Positions 12,901-25,918 of a stretch of DNA of 64,000 nucleotides are shown piece after piece. Position numbers and translations under genes: made by a program. The notes beneath the pieces are model-generated. The model was not told the DNA's origin. It saw only the letters and a program-made list of their open reading frames with translations, and searched no databases. Where the stretch lies: NCBI GenBank assembly GCA_001662655.1, contig KV460231.1, one strand, 5' to 3'. Position 1 is the first letter of the stretch, and every line of letters begins with the position of its first letter. This stretch comes from Pseudogymnoascus verrucosus. Lineage: Eukaryota.

Positions 12901-14366
12901 AAATTGCCAGAGAGCATTGTAGTCAAGAAGTGTGCGGATATCGCGAACTGGAAGGCCATCCATGGAAACTTCAGCGTGAAGGAAAACTCTTGTGATTTCG
13001 TAGCGCACGCACAGAGGTGCCTCTGTCAACCATTGGGGTAGTTCAGCTGAAATGACATTAGTCACAAGTTGCAGCTGGGAGCGACTTCATAGATATAGCG
13101 TTTGGAATCGAAGTGAACTACATCAGGTTCGGGGCGTGCCTTGAAAGTGCAGCTAGAAAGTTTGGAATCTCTGTCTCATGTCCAGCTGAGTTCAGAAACC
13201 AGGAGGTGTTCTACCGGCGATGAAGCACCCTCTTGATTGATGGAAATAATGAAGTCTGACTTACGAAATACCTGTTGTAGTCGCTGTGACAAGTCTCCCT
13301 GGATGATAGGACCTACGGAAACGTCGGACATACTGATGTCAACCCCCGAGTTTTCTTGTAAGTCCTCATTGATAATTTCGATGAAGTCATCATCATCCAT
13401 GCTCCCGTATTGGGAGCTGTGAAGCTCATCTGACATAGCCTTTATTCTTTGAATTGGTGGCGCGATTGACTGAAAGGACGTGTTGAATGAAGAAGCCTGA
13501 GTGGTTGTCCCTGTGCCTGGAATGGACCTCCCAGTAAAAACACCAGAAGCAATGGAGCTAAAGCTCGTGTTCGCGCTGACTGTCCTGGAGGTCTGTTCAT
13601 GATAAGGATTGAGAGAATACCCAGGGAAAAGCGTTGACGACGTAGAGTTTGTGGAAGGTGCCACCGTCTGTAGCGCACTGTCCTGTTTGGAAGAGGTTGT
13701 AGCGACAGAGTCAGCAGTCTTCGTTAAATCTGGCGAACCTAACAAAGCAGGTGTTCTTGGTTTCTTAAACTCTGCAGCTATGTCTGGGGCAGAAAATTCA
13801 CCGGATGTCCTCTTAACTGGACGTTGGCCCAAGTTCAAAGGAATTGGAGAGCTATCTAGTTCCGTCTGGAGAGATACTTCTCTAACACGAGTAGACTTGG
13901 GTTCAACATTATCACTACTACAAAAATCTTTACTTTCTCGGGCTTCTTTCAGCCTAAGCAATAGGCACCCTCTCAATTGTAGTCTTTGATCTCTGCCGGA
14001 GCCGTCTCGGAGGGGAGCATCGCCAACAATGGGGATAACATCACGATCTCCATTCGGCTTGTAAACCCAACCGTGGCTAACCCGGAGAGTATCCGCCTCG
14101 GCCGTAAAGGTTTGTAAGGCGCCTTGAAGAGCATGATTCTTTCGGCGGGAAAGGAAGGTAATAAGCCAAACTATCTCATCGCCGATCTTGGCATCATAGT
14201 CTCGAAGGGCAGAGCGCCTTGAGACTGGTGACTCCCCATCTCGAGGTATCGGGAGTTGAAGACCAAAGCGTTCAGATAGAGTCTTTATAAAATTGATTAT
14301 CTCAGATGCTTTTATAGGCGTGGTATCATATCTCGACGACGGTGTGCCTGGCGTCGGGAGACTCAT
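9977..14366 (-). CDS. RNA-dependent RNA polymerase of the RNAi pathway, QDE-1-like; 3 exons
   Basis: MNDGCGQIS, PSAFQARIGGAKGMW, LVARSPAH and catalytic LSGGDYDGD (the DYDGD variant found in Neurospora QDE-1). Introns at 13047-13264 and 12079-12257 join the three ORFs in frame. Confidence 0.92.
12101..12250. repeat. Degenerate 56-bp tandem repeat (about 2.7 copies) inside RdRP intron 2
   Basis: tatagagactaagaaaaggaaccaatgg (12101), tacagatgccaataaatagaaccattga (12157), tatagagactaatgaaaggaaccattga (12213). aatgattc recurs at the same offset in copies 1 and 2. Confidence 0.8.
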
Positions 14367-14897
14367 GGCCTTGTCTCTCAGGTCCGTCCCGTCGAGTCGT
14401 ATCGAGTGGAGCTAGAGTCTCGGAGACGGCGCCGACGAGACAGGCACACGCTTAGCAGGTAGACGGAGGATGATGGCCCACACAGCCGCGAAATGACACA
14501 AAACGCTGCAAAAGGGTAAAAGAGCGAGAACTGTGCAACAGAGAGCAAATATATAATGTTGGACAGTATGCAAGAGGCTGGAATTGTATTTTCCCCTCAA
14601 TGTTTCCATTTCACGGGGGCTGGAGCCTCGCGGTTCACAAAACGCATGTGTGCCTTGCAGCCTTAGTACATCCCATGTGATTGAGTGTGGGCAATAATGC
14701 GGTTAAAACGTGGACACTTTTGGTTGTGGACGTTTTAACCTTCTTCTCCGAAAATGTGGGGGTGGGTGTCGGTGAAATATTCTGCCACCTCCGAAAGAAA
14801 AAAGTTCCAGATAACTACTCTACATTCGTATCTTTCCCTCCAAAGAGAAGGAAGGGCTTCTCATTTATTGACGACCAAACTCAACACTACCGCAACA

Positions 14898-16860
14898 ATG
14901 AAACGCAAGCTCGACGGCAACGATGTGCCCGCACCTGTAGAAGAGACCAAGACTCTAGAAAGCAACTCATTTGCAGACCTTGGCCTCGATGCGCGACTCC
15001 TCCAAGCTATCGCCAAACAGAACTTCAAAGCACCTACCCTGGTTCAGAAGAAAGCTATACCTCTGGCAATAAAGGGACGGGACGTACTTGCCAGAGCGAA
15101 GACAGGATCAGGAAAGACTGCTGCTTATCTTCTCCCAATCTTACATGCTATCCTCAAGCAAAAAGAAGTGTGTTGATTGACTGCCAATTCGTCTTTTATT
15201 CTCACTAACAGTATTAGACATCTACCAAGCCTTGCACGGCCGCCCTCATTCTTGTCCCAACTCGCGAGCTTGCCGACCAAGTCTTCAAGGCTGTGGAGTT
15301 GTTCACGTCGTTCTGTGCGAAGGATGTTAGAGCTATCAACCTCACACAAAAGGTCTCCGATGCCGTTCAAAGATCGCTCCTCGCAGATGCTCCCGATATC
15401 GTTGTCGCGACACCTGCCCGCGCAGCATTAAACATCAACACATCTGCTCTCTCTCTGGATAACCTGACTCACTTGGTTATTGACGAGGCGGACCTTGTTC
15501 TTTCATACGGGTACGACGAGGATTTGCAGAATGTCGCCAAAACCATGCGCAAAGGAGTCCAAACGATATTGATGAGCGCGACACTGACAAGCGAAGTTGA
15601 TACTCTTAAGGGCCTGTTTTGTCGGGACCCCGCGGTATTGAAATTGGACGAGCAGAATGACGAGGGCGAGGAGATTAGCCAATATGTCGTGAAGTAAGCT
15701 TGGCATACAATCCAACTGGCAAACCGTTACTAACAATTCCCAGATGCGCAGAAGACGAAAAATTCCTCCTTATCTACGTTATCTTCAAGCTCAAGCTTAT
15801 TAAGGGCAAATGCATTGTTTTCGTTCAAGACATTGACCGCTGTTACCGGTTGAAGCTTTTCCTCGAACAATTCGGCATCAAGAGTTGTATTCTCAACTCC
15901 GAGCTCCCAGTCAACTCTCGTATTCACGTCGTGGAGGAGTTTAACAAGAATGTTTATGATATTATTATTGCAAGCGACGAGTACGAAATTATCGGCGATG
16001 AAGAGGATGCACCAAGAGTCCAAGAGGTTGAAGAAGCCACCCCTGAGGAGCCTAAGAAGGCTGCTGGCGATGATGAGATGGAAGTCGATATTGCAGAGAG
16101 CGAGGAGGTTGTGAAAGAAGAGAAGCCGGCAAAGAAGAAGCGCAAGCAAGCGAAACGTGACAAGGAATATGGTGTCTCCCGTGGAATTGACTTCAAGAAC
16201 GTCGCCTGTGTGTTAAATTTCGACCTCCCAACAACCTCAAAATCATATACCCACCGCGTTGGTCGTACTGGCCGTGCTGGGCAATCCGGCATGGCGCTTT
16301 CTTTCGTCATTCCAGCAAATCAATACCGCAAACACAAGCCCACATCAGTTGAGTCGTGCAAGCACGATGACGAAGTGCTCGCGAAGATCATCCGTCACCA
16401 GACCAAGAAAGGCAAGGAAGTAAAGCCGTACAACTTCGACATGAAGCAGGTTGAGGCATTCCGGTACCGAATGGGCGACGCACTACGTGCCGTTACTCGT
16501 ATCGCTGTGCGTGAAGCTCGGACGCGCGAGCTGAGACAGGAGTTGATGAAGAGTGACAAACTAAAGAGGCATTTCGAGGAGAACCCAGAAGATCTGCACC
16601 ACCTGCGACACGACGGAGAGTTACGTGCTGCAAAGGTTCAGGGGCACATGAAGCACGTGCCCAGCTATTTAATGCCAAGCGGCGGGCAGAAGGCAATCAC
16701 GGGAGAGTTAGGCTTTGTCGGGATCAGGAAGGAGAGCGAGAACCGTATTCGCAAGGCGAGAGCGGCGAACAAAGCCAAGGGAAGAGGCGCGTTTGGCTCG
16801 AAGGCGAAGAAGCATGACCCGCTGAAGAGCTTCAGGGCCAGGACGAAGAATGGGAAATAG
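14898..16860 (+). CDS. DBP9: ATP-dependent DEAD-box RNA helicase Dbp9; 3 exons
   Basis: MKRKLD start, [52 protein letters not shown] and the Dbp9-type C-terminus [16 protein letters not shown]. Confidence 0.93.
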
Positions 16861-16969
16861 TAAATTAAGGGGCGAATGTGTCAGGCGCTTAGCGAATGAA
16901 TATGATATTACATGTCACAGATGCACTCAAAAGGCGATTATGAGGCAACCCAAGTGATTTATTGGTAGC

Positions 16970-18260
16970 TTATTTCTGCCATACCTTTTCGAGTTTCAAA
17001 ATGTTGTTCACGGTGTCGACCACGCTGGTCCCTAGGTCCCTGTAAGTCCAATTCTTTTCAAACACCTGGTAGCTCTTTTCATTGTTCCAGCGAGACAATT
17101 CAATGCCGTCTGGCACGATTTTGCTGGGGTTTCCTTCAGGCACCTTGCTTTTCAGCTCCGGAAAGTTCTTTCGGATGATGTTTACCACGAGCTGGGGAGT
17201 TATAAGACCATGGACTAACGCCACGCGCTGATTAGATGTTGTGAGGCTGTCCAGAGATAGAACATGCGCTCGGGAAACGTCTCGTACATCGACCTGCCAT
17301 ATGTCAGCGCTAGGTTCCAAGAGACACCAACGGAGGAGAGTCTCTCAGTCATACAAAGTGATAAAAGGGGAGTCCCCAGGCTTCAACTCCTGTAGTGGTT
17401 CCGTCCAAGAAATTGTATATGGTAATCCTATTCGTCTCATTTATTCTCTCGGGCGTGGGCAAACTATGGAGCATCGGCCCGATGACAACGTCTGGATTGA
17501 TGACTGTCATATCGAAGCTAGTCTTGTTGTCCTCGAGGAACGTCCAAGCCGCCTTCTCAGCCAGCGTCTTGGCCGCACAATATCCAAAGAGGGGGTTTTT
17601 CTGCTCAACAGCCATTTCCGCAGTGACCTGGCTCTTGATTAGCATCGGAAAATATGAGGTGTTGGGACTGGGTTACTGGGTCCCAATCTTTCTCGCTATA
17701 TGGGTCTCCTGTTATACTTGTATCCTCCATGGGGTTCACGATCGCAGCAATACTGCTAAGCAACACGACCCGTTTGACCTGCGGTCCCCCATACTCATGC
17801 ACGCTCTTCAAAAGTGACGTTGTGCTGTCCAGTGTTAAATTAATCGACATATACAAACTAGGACACTACACTTACCCCTGAACAGCAGGATCAATGATCT
17901 CCTTCTGAATGTCCTCAACATCAAAGGTAATAGGGGATGCGGTGTGAATAATATAATTCAATTTGCCTCCCTCCTGTTTGATTGCCTCGTCGAATGCACC
18001 TGGGACGGTGAAGTCTGATACATATACAAATCTGACAATATCTTTCCACTCCGGATGGGCATCTAGCATCTCTTGGGATTTGGTCTTTGATCTCACGGTC
18101 GCGGTTACTAGATATCCTGCCTGCAAAGTATTTGCCGTTAGTATTTTCTTGATTTGTAACAAAGACATGCTGTGCCAACCTTGATCAAATCGGACAAAAT
18201 ATGGCAGGCGACGAAGCCATTTGCGCCGGTCAAAAAGACTTTCTGGATACTGTGCGGCAT
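16970..18260 (-). CDS. NAD(P)-dependent epimerase/dehydratase-family reductase (Gre2/ARII-like); multi-exon
   Basis: VFLTGANGFVACH Rossmann motif, HTASP, YxxxK (YCAAKTLAEKAAW) and VDVRDVSRAH spread across ORFs 16970-18359. Confidence 0.85.
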
Positions 18261-19810
18261 ATTGATATATATTTTCTTGTAATATCGAATATCTTTGTAA
18301 CTCTTTCTTTGCTTGTTGTGGTATTTTTCCGAATATATGGTAAAAAATCGTGATATCATATATTACTAGCTCATTTTATCGCGGGTTCCTCAAAACCAGG
18401 GGGTAACTAAGGGGTAACTCACCTGATAATGACAACACATTGCACATAAACTATTATGCACTAGTATAAGCACTACAATATAAATGCAATCGAAACAATA
18501 CTCGAGTTACTGATAGTCCGAGTGATGAGGGCCTTGATACCGCGCTCTGTCGTTGTCATTGTGGCACTAAAGTCGCTTATATCTCAGACTAGCTATTATC
18601 AAACACGATCAGATATTTACATTTCTATTTGCTACCGAATTGTAGCAGATTCATTGGGATAAGTACAAAGGCGCCATAGACTTTGATGAGCTTGAACCAA
18701 TTTATCAATATATTTATTAATTATTGTAAGATTTAGAATCTTACGTTTCCAGAAGCCATTTCTATTGATCCTAGATCTTACAAATGCGGACAGTCTTCTT
18801 TTACAGCTTCTTCTTTTAGCTTTAAAATATTTTCTGCGAGATGCCACATTGCAAGGAGACTGAAGACTCTGGATTATGTTGTCTAGTATAGTGTCCTTGC
18901 TGAATCTCTATAGTAACAGAGTCCGGCGCACGCGAAATCAATACTAAAGACCATGAGTTGGGTCGCCTATAACCGCCACTCTGCGACCATCCCCAGAGAA
19001 TATAGTCTATGATAGCCGCGATACATACCGAGTCTCTTTCAGAACACTACAGAAAATAGAGTCTATAGCAAACGTGATACCATCGGGAAATGAGTAACTA
19101 TAGAACTGCATAACATCACATATCTGACATTTAAGTGAAGATATCTCTGATTTCATTCGTACCGAGATTCATTTCTTATAAAAGAGAGAAATAACATAAA
19201 GGCCGATATGAGAACGATAAAGCTTGTAATAAAAAAAAACCGTTTAGATATTTATGGTTTATAGAGCAAATATTTATCCCAGAAGAGCGCTCCATATTGA
19301 AGGCCATAACTATATTATTTCCAACTCCCTTTCATGCTATTGTGACCATCTTGCTATTGCCGTCCCATCCTCACCTTGTTGTTCTTGTCAAAGCCACCTT
19401 TTCTCGTCAAAGCCTTACGGTTCTCACCGAAGCCGCCTTTCTTTCCTCAAGGCCTTATTTTCTTACCACATCCTTCTTTCTCCTCCCAAAAGTCTTATTT
19501 TCCACCAAATCCTTCTTTCCCTCGAAGTCTCAGTTTCCTACCAACATCTATACTGGGCCACGGTAACCTCGCCCAAACAAGGTAAATAAACGTGTTTTGA
19601 CAGAACTGCACCCTTCTTCTTCCAAACTCTTACTTCTACTTGATCAAGTCCTCAAGTGAACTCTATCAAGCAGTTGCTGACACTCTTCATTATTCTTCAG
19701 TTACCTTCATGCAACTTCAAATTCTGGACCCCTGTGGGCAGTCTATGTTTATCGCCATTACGGCTTCATCACAACCTCAGCCAAGATATATTTCTCAATA
19801 ATCACTCAAA

Positions 19811-22800
19811 ATGCCATACGTCGAAGGTGGGTATGCCCAGAGAGTTTTATCTACGAGGCCGAGTAACGAATATCAAGAAGGGCCGGAAGACGAGAGCTGG
19901 ATCCGCGAATTCGACGTTCCATTCAAACCCAAAAGACCTGGGAGCCAAATCTTCGACAGCCAGACTTACCCAGTGAAACGCCCTCGAAATACCCTCGAAG
20001 CTTCACATCCATATGGCAGGCAAGAGGAGATTCACCCGAGGATCAATGTAAACATCAATGGTCACCCTTCGCGACATATACTGGCTCCCGCAAATCTCCT
20101 CCACGAACAAGCACAGTATGGGCCAAATATCCCACAGTCGAACCGGGTGCAGTCTATGTAAGTTTACTGACACAATCACCGACCTCTCGATTTGCTGATA
20201 TGATTAGGCCATATCATCAAACAAGCACCCAGCCAAATACGATGGACTTCCATCCTCGTCACCCCTCAATATCTGCCCAGGCAAACCAAACACAGGGAAA
20301 TTTTGCCAGTCCTCATCAACCTGCTCCACAAGGAAACCATATCTCACCTCCAAGGCCACCTTCGTACGCTGAATCGGATCTTCGACAACCTGACGGCAAA
20401 AAATCCTTGGTCCAGCCTTTTCGCCCAAACCAGAATATCTCAAACCAGCTTTTCCAGCCACAGAACCTACAAGGTTCACGTGCCTCCAGTGTTGCACCAC
20501 CACAGGGACACGCAGGTGTCCGTGGAAACATCGACTTCAAAATCACACGACACCAGAGCGTGCCGCCTTCGCCTGTACCTCACCAGCGCCCCGCACAGTA
20601 TGCTGCATCCGGAGCTGGGGCTTCGGGCTACGGCTCTCAACCTCCCCTTCAAGGATTTCAACCCCCCCCTCAAGGATTCATACCTTCACCTCGAGGGCCT
20701 CAAAATCTGACCCAAGGATTCCAACCTTCTGCTCAAGGATTCCAGCCTTCTCCTCAAAGGTTTCTTCCACCTTCACCAATGCAGGCACGACCAGACACAA
20801 TATCACGGACTGATTTACAGCCTCGGAGTGAAACTAGCATCGCTAATGACACAAATATCTCAAAACTTCCTGTTGTGAAACGGACTGGGCCATTTATAAT
20901 TGATGACGACGAGAAGGGAATTAGGCAACCTGAAAGTCTTATCACCAACAGCGAAACAAGGGGCAACACAGCTACAGCTTATCAGACCCCAGCGCCTACA
21001 ATAAACTTCGCCCAAGGACGCCGGGGGGTTCGCAGCTTAACCTCTGGTCTTGACGATCCACCAGATCGAAAAAATGACGCTCACAACCAAACCCGGAAGA
21101 ACAAACCCGCGCTAAAAAGGTCAAAGAAGGACGAAGACGCCGCCTCGGAGAAAATACGGGAGCAATCTGAAGCTTATGCTAAAATCCAGGAGAAACAGGA
21201 TATGGCAGCCAAGGCCAAGGATACAGATGCCCTATTCGAGGAACCCATCAACGAAGCAGCCCGGGCGCGAATCCAGGCAGACATACACAAAGAAGAAACG
21301 CGCAAACGGGAAGCAGAAGTCAGAAGGAGGTACAGGGAGGGTCTGGCCCAAGAATTGGAAACTATACAGAAAGAAAATGCTGAGCGCGAAAAGGCGCGGA
21401 AAGAGGCTGAAAGGGCCGAAAGAGCATCGAAGAAAGCCAAGACTCAAGAGGAACGAGAGGCAATCCAGAAGACTCGAGAGGAAGAAGAAAAGAAACGACA
21501 CGATGAGCAAAAACGCAACGCGGAAGAGCTTCTACGGAGGAAAAGGCAAGAGCAAAGCGAGCGAGAAGCTGCCGTTTTAGAAAAGGAAGCTGCGGCCGAG
21601 CGCAAGCGACAGCAAGATGCCGAAAACCTAAAGGAAAAACTTGAAGCTTCTAAACAGGCTGCTATAAGCTTGAAGCCAGCCAGAAAGGGCCAAGGCGGAC
21701 GAGAGGAAGAGGGCGGAAGGGCCACAGCGGAAGACATGGAGATACCTGAGCCTCCAGTTGACGACGACGGAGGGCTTTTCGTCCCGGAGTGGGTTGTCAT
21801 TGAGAGTCCAGATGAAACCTATGCACCAACGGGTAGGAGTGTAGCAGTTCACCTCAGGGGAGATATCCCACGCCAGCCTTTGACGCCAACATCTCCACCA
21901 AAGATCGATTCCATACCAAATATAGAGAAGAGAGCATCCAATATCGCCGGAACAATAAAAGGGATACCTGGCTCCGATAATATTTCCCTTCGAGCGAAGG
22001 CAGGCTGGAGGGGGTCGATAAAAGCAAATACTGAGACAAAAGTTGCCAGCATAGTAATCGAACACCACAAGGAGATAATATCAGCAGACCAAAAGAGGCA
22101 CGACGAAGCTTTAGCCCAGGCACGAGCACGTGAAAGAACCGAATTGAAGGAGGATCTTGTTGATTCATTCCAGACGCTTACCTCGACCCTGATAGAGGAA
22201 GTTCAGGGACAGCTAAAGGCAGCCGTGGTTCAAGTCTTAAATGTGCGAATTCCTGCCATGCCCATGAATGCGAGGAATGGACCAAACCCGGCGAGCGCTA
22301 TTACAGTCTCTCCAAAGAAATATGCCTCGGAGACTCAGTGCTTCTTGGGCCGTAAACCTATCAAGCAACCAAAGGAGCTTACGCCATTTGGAGAAAAGAG
22401 CCCGAGCGACAATGAGGCGAAGAGACGTGAGAAAGACGAAATGCGCCTGGCTGAAAAGGCAAAGAAAAGATTCGAGGTCAAACTCCACAGGGATAACGCA
22501 GAACAAGGCAGATATATGAGTGAATATGAATTCAGGTCCACTATAGAGGGACAGGTGGTAAGTTATTCTGTCAGTCACGTTTCTTCAAGTGCTAATATTG
22601 ACGATAGAAAGAATACCGAGAAAAGCGAGAGAAAAAATATGAAAAAGAGCAGAGGATGATGCCCCATGGTGGAGGGAGACCACAAGGTCAAGCCCGTTTT
22701 GGGTATGAAGACATTGACTTCAAGGAGGGTGACTCTACTAGACCCAGCAAATCCAACTCCCAGAGCGATAAGGGTCGATGCGGGGGGGTTATGGCGCGGT

Positions 22801-24158
22801 TGCGCGAATCCAACGGTTCTCTGGGCCATTTCCAACAAGCTGCAGCCGCAAAAATAGTTGACGACAGAATGCACCACTTGAGAGATGACGGCGACAGTGA
22901 AAGCGAAGTCTCGGAAGAAGATCCTGATGACGACGAGTCAGACACTATTCTAATACGCCAGCCAAAGTTGACTGAACCTTCGAATCACTGGGACCGTGCT
23001 TCTGATATCAAAGCAACTGGAGCTGATAGAATGGCAACCTTCGAATATGACAACAAGCCTACGCAGGTGATAAAGCCTCGCCACCTCCAAGACAAAGAAA
23101 TGGTGAACATCTTTTCGGTGCAACGATCGGAAATTAAAGATGAAGAAAAATCTCTGGCTATCACTATAAAACAGTTTTTTGATAGAGACGATGCGAATGA
23201 ATTTGCAGAAGAAGAGATCAGACGAACTCGTTGGGGCCCAGCAATGTTTAGACCTCAGATAACACAATGGTATTCGAAGGAGACAGGACTGTTCCACGGC
23301 AGGGCCTACATCGACTCCGAAGAGAACATAGTCGAATGTGTCGATGTAGCGGTACAGGCCCAGTATATCGGAGATTTGGAGTTTGCGCATGAAAAAGTCA
23401 AGCCCAAATTAGAGCCCAAACTATATATTATTTTCAAGTCAATAACCAAGAGGGTTCGAACTACTATGGGTTCAGATGATGATGATGAGGCCAGCGAGAA
23501 CGGAGCGTCCGAACAAAACATTGAATCGGATGAGAGCGAAGAGGCAGAACAAAGCATGGAGATAGACCAGAATGGCGAGCCAGAACAACCCATGGAGGCA
23601 GACCAGGCTCGCGCAGCAGAACAAGTCATGGGGACTAATCAGAATGGCGAGGAAGAACAGAACAAAGAGACAGAGCACGACACGGACAATAATCAGAATG
23701 TTAATGAAAAATCCGACGATCACAAAAGTGGTAGCTCCAGGGAACCTGGCGGGGACGGAATCGATGCCCTATTCGAAGAAGAGGCAGAAGTTGAACCTTC
23801 CGACAACTCTGGCCATATTTTGGCGGCCGACGTGCATCAGCTGTCTCTTGACTCCAAATGCTCTGAAGCAAAGCCCGAAATGATGCTCACTCAAACCTGC
23901 AAGCCGGTTGGGGCATATGCTGAGCGTGAGTTGGCCAACAAGCGAGCTTCCGAGATATTTCTTGCAGAAATTAGGCCTGTTGGAGGCGATATTTCCCAGC
24001 TTGTTGCATTCCAAAACGATGCCGTGAAGCCGGTCAGAGAGAGCCTGGAAAGCCATAATAGATCCGGGGAATTGTTCTCGGCCTCAAACGATTACGCAAA
24101 CAGTGGTGAGATTCGGATCTGGGTTGAGGACTTCGAGATCATGGGGCCATCGAATTGA
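19811..24158 (+). CDS. Large hypothetical protein with a Pro/Gln low-complexity N-terminus, a charged coiled coil and an acidic C-terminal region; 3 exons
   Basis: ORFs 19811-20161, 20200-22659 and 22656-24158 can be joined by GTAAGT introns at about 20159-20207 and 22558-22607. No family was recognised. Confidence 0.7.
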
Positions 24159-24628
24159 GAGACAGAGGGGAGCGTGCATGGTCGAGTACGGGTTAGAAAC
24201 CATTCCCGTAAGATGTTCCTTGATTCTAATGCGAAGAAACTACTTTCGATGATTTTATGGAGACTGTGTAAGATTATAAAGATTACGGGAAATAAAAATG
24301 GAGTAGCAATTGGTAGATTCTATTCCACGTTACCAATGGAACAGCAGCTAAATATAAAAATCCGCCTACAAATAATATCTTAATCTTGATAATATGATGA
24401 GCGATACAACAATGGTTTGTACAGGTATTGAGATTTGGCTGAACAAGAAACAACGTTTCGTTCAACTCTATCTGATGGTTCGGGCCCCACTTACAGAACA
24501 CCACGGATTAATGTTGAACCGTGGCGCATAAACCCCTGTACGCCAGATCGATAAATCGATGCGGTGATACGCGGATAGAGCAAATAAATAATCCAGCTTT
24601 CGAAAGGAGTGTATAACTGGCGCTCATC

Positions 24629-25702
24629 ATGGCATCTAAAGGGTGCATAGCATGTCTACGGACGCTCCAGAGACAAGCTCAATTTGTAAATCCTTCACTT
24701 TGTCGCTTTCAAAGTCATTAACTAACTGCTGCATCAGTCCCGACAAACGCCCCAGATTGCAAGAGTTTCTCGGAGTTTCACGACAACACGATATTCACGA
24801 GCCAACCCTCCAAATTCGGATAAACCTGCCGCTTCCTCTCTCAAACCCACTGACCCGTTAACGGGATCAAGCTCAAGCGCCAGCCCGACCACGGAAAGCG
24901 AAAGCGGGCAGACCTCCAAACTCGCGGCCGATGGACTTGCAGCACTTTCGAAAACAGCCGGGACATACTCAGCATACGGCGTAGCAGAAGTGCTCTACCG
25001 CCAATGTGCTGCCAAGGCCGACTATTCGATCCCGGAAGCCGCCATGGAAGATGAAGAAATGCCCAAGACGGCTGATGGGGAGGATTTGGGCCAAGGCGCT
25101 GGCTGGTGGCACACTGGTAACCCCTCCCATCACCTCCTGACCTGCCCAGTCTCTAACATGCGCCTGTAGAACTCGGCCTCCCGCCCACCTTCAGCACCTG
25201 GTCTCAAGTGACCATGCTTCACATGTACCTCCTCACCGTGCGCCTCCGCTGCTTCCCCGCCTCCACCTCTTCCATCTACCAACAACATCTCATCGACCAC
25301 TTCTTCTACGACGCCGAGCACCGCATGGTCGTCTCGCACAACATGGAGGCGCGCGGCACGCGAAACAAGTACCTCAAGGACCTGTTCACCCAGTGGCGTG
25401 GCATCCTTTTCGCATACGACGAGGGCCTGGTTAGGGGGGATGCAGCACTTGCCAGTGCTGTGTGGAGGAATGTGTGGAAGGGTCGGGAGGATGTGGATGT
25501 CAAGGGGTTGGCCAAGGTGATTGCATATATGCGAAAGAGCCTTATGGATCTGGAGGCCACAGAGGAATTGGAGATGCAGATGGGGAACTGGAAGTGGAGT
25601 GACCCGGATGCGCTGAAGGTGTTGGTCGGGAAGAAAAGCCCAATGATAGACCAACCGTTTACGGAGGGTACGGAAGCTGTAGGAGATACCAAGAGTGTAT
25701 AA
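24629..25702 (+). CDS. CBP3: Ubiquinol-cytochrome c reductase assembly chaperone Cbp3
   Basis: Presequence-like MASKGCIACLRTLQRQ, then LPPTFSTWSQVTMLHMYLLTVRLR and KYLKDLFTQWRGILFAYDEGLVRGDAALASAVWRN. Confidence 0.88.
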
Positions 25703-25918
25703 GGCCGGCGATGCGTGGATGTATGATATATATGTATGGATGATCATGTTGTATAATATAATACAGACAAACCTACTTTTTGCAGACTTACAACCCGTGG
25801 ATTATCGACGAAGGCTTTAGCACAGGTTAAACGTGAAAGTGATGAACTGTCAGATAATATTTATAAAATACAGCCATGTAGATGCCCGATATCCTTCTAT
25901 GAGGCAGCCCGCGACTAT

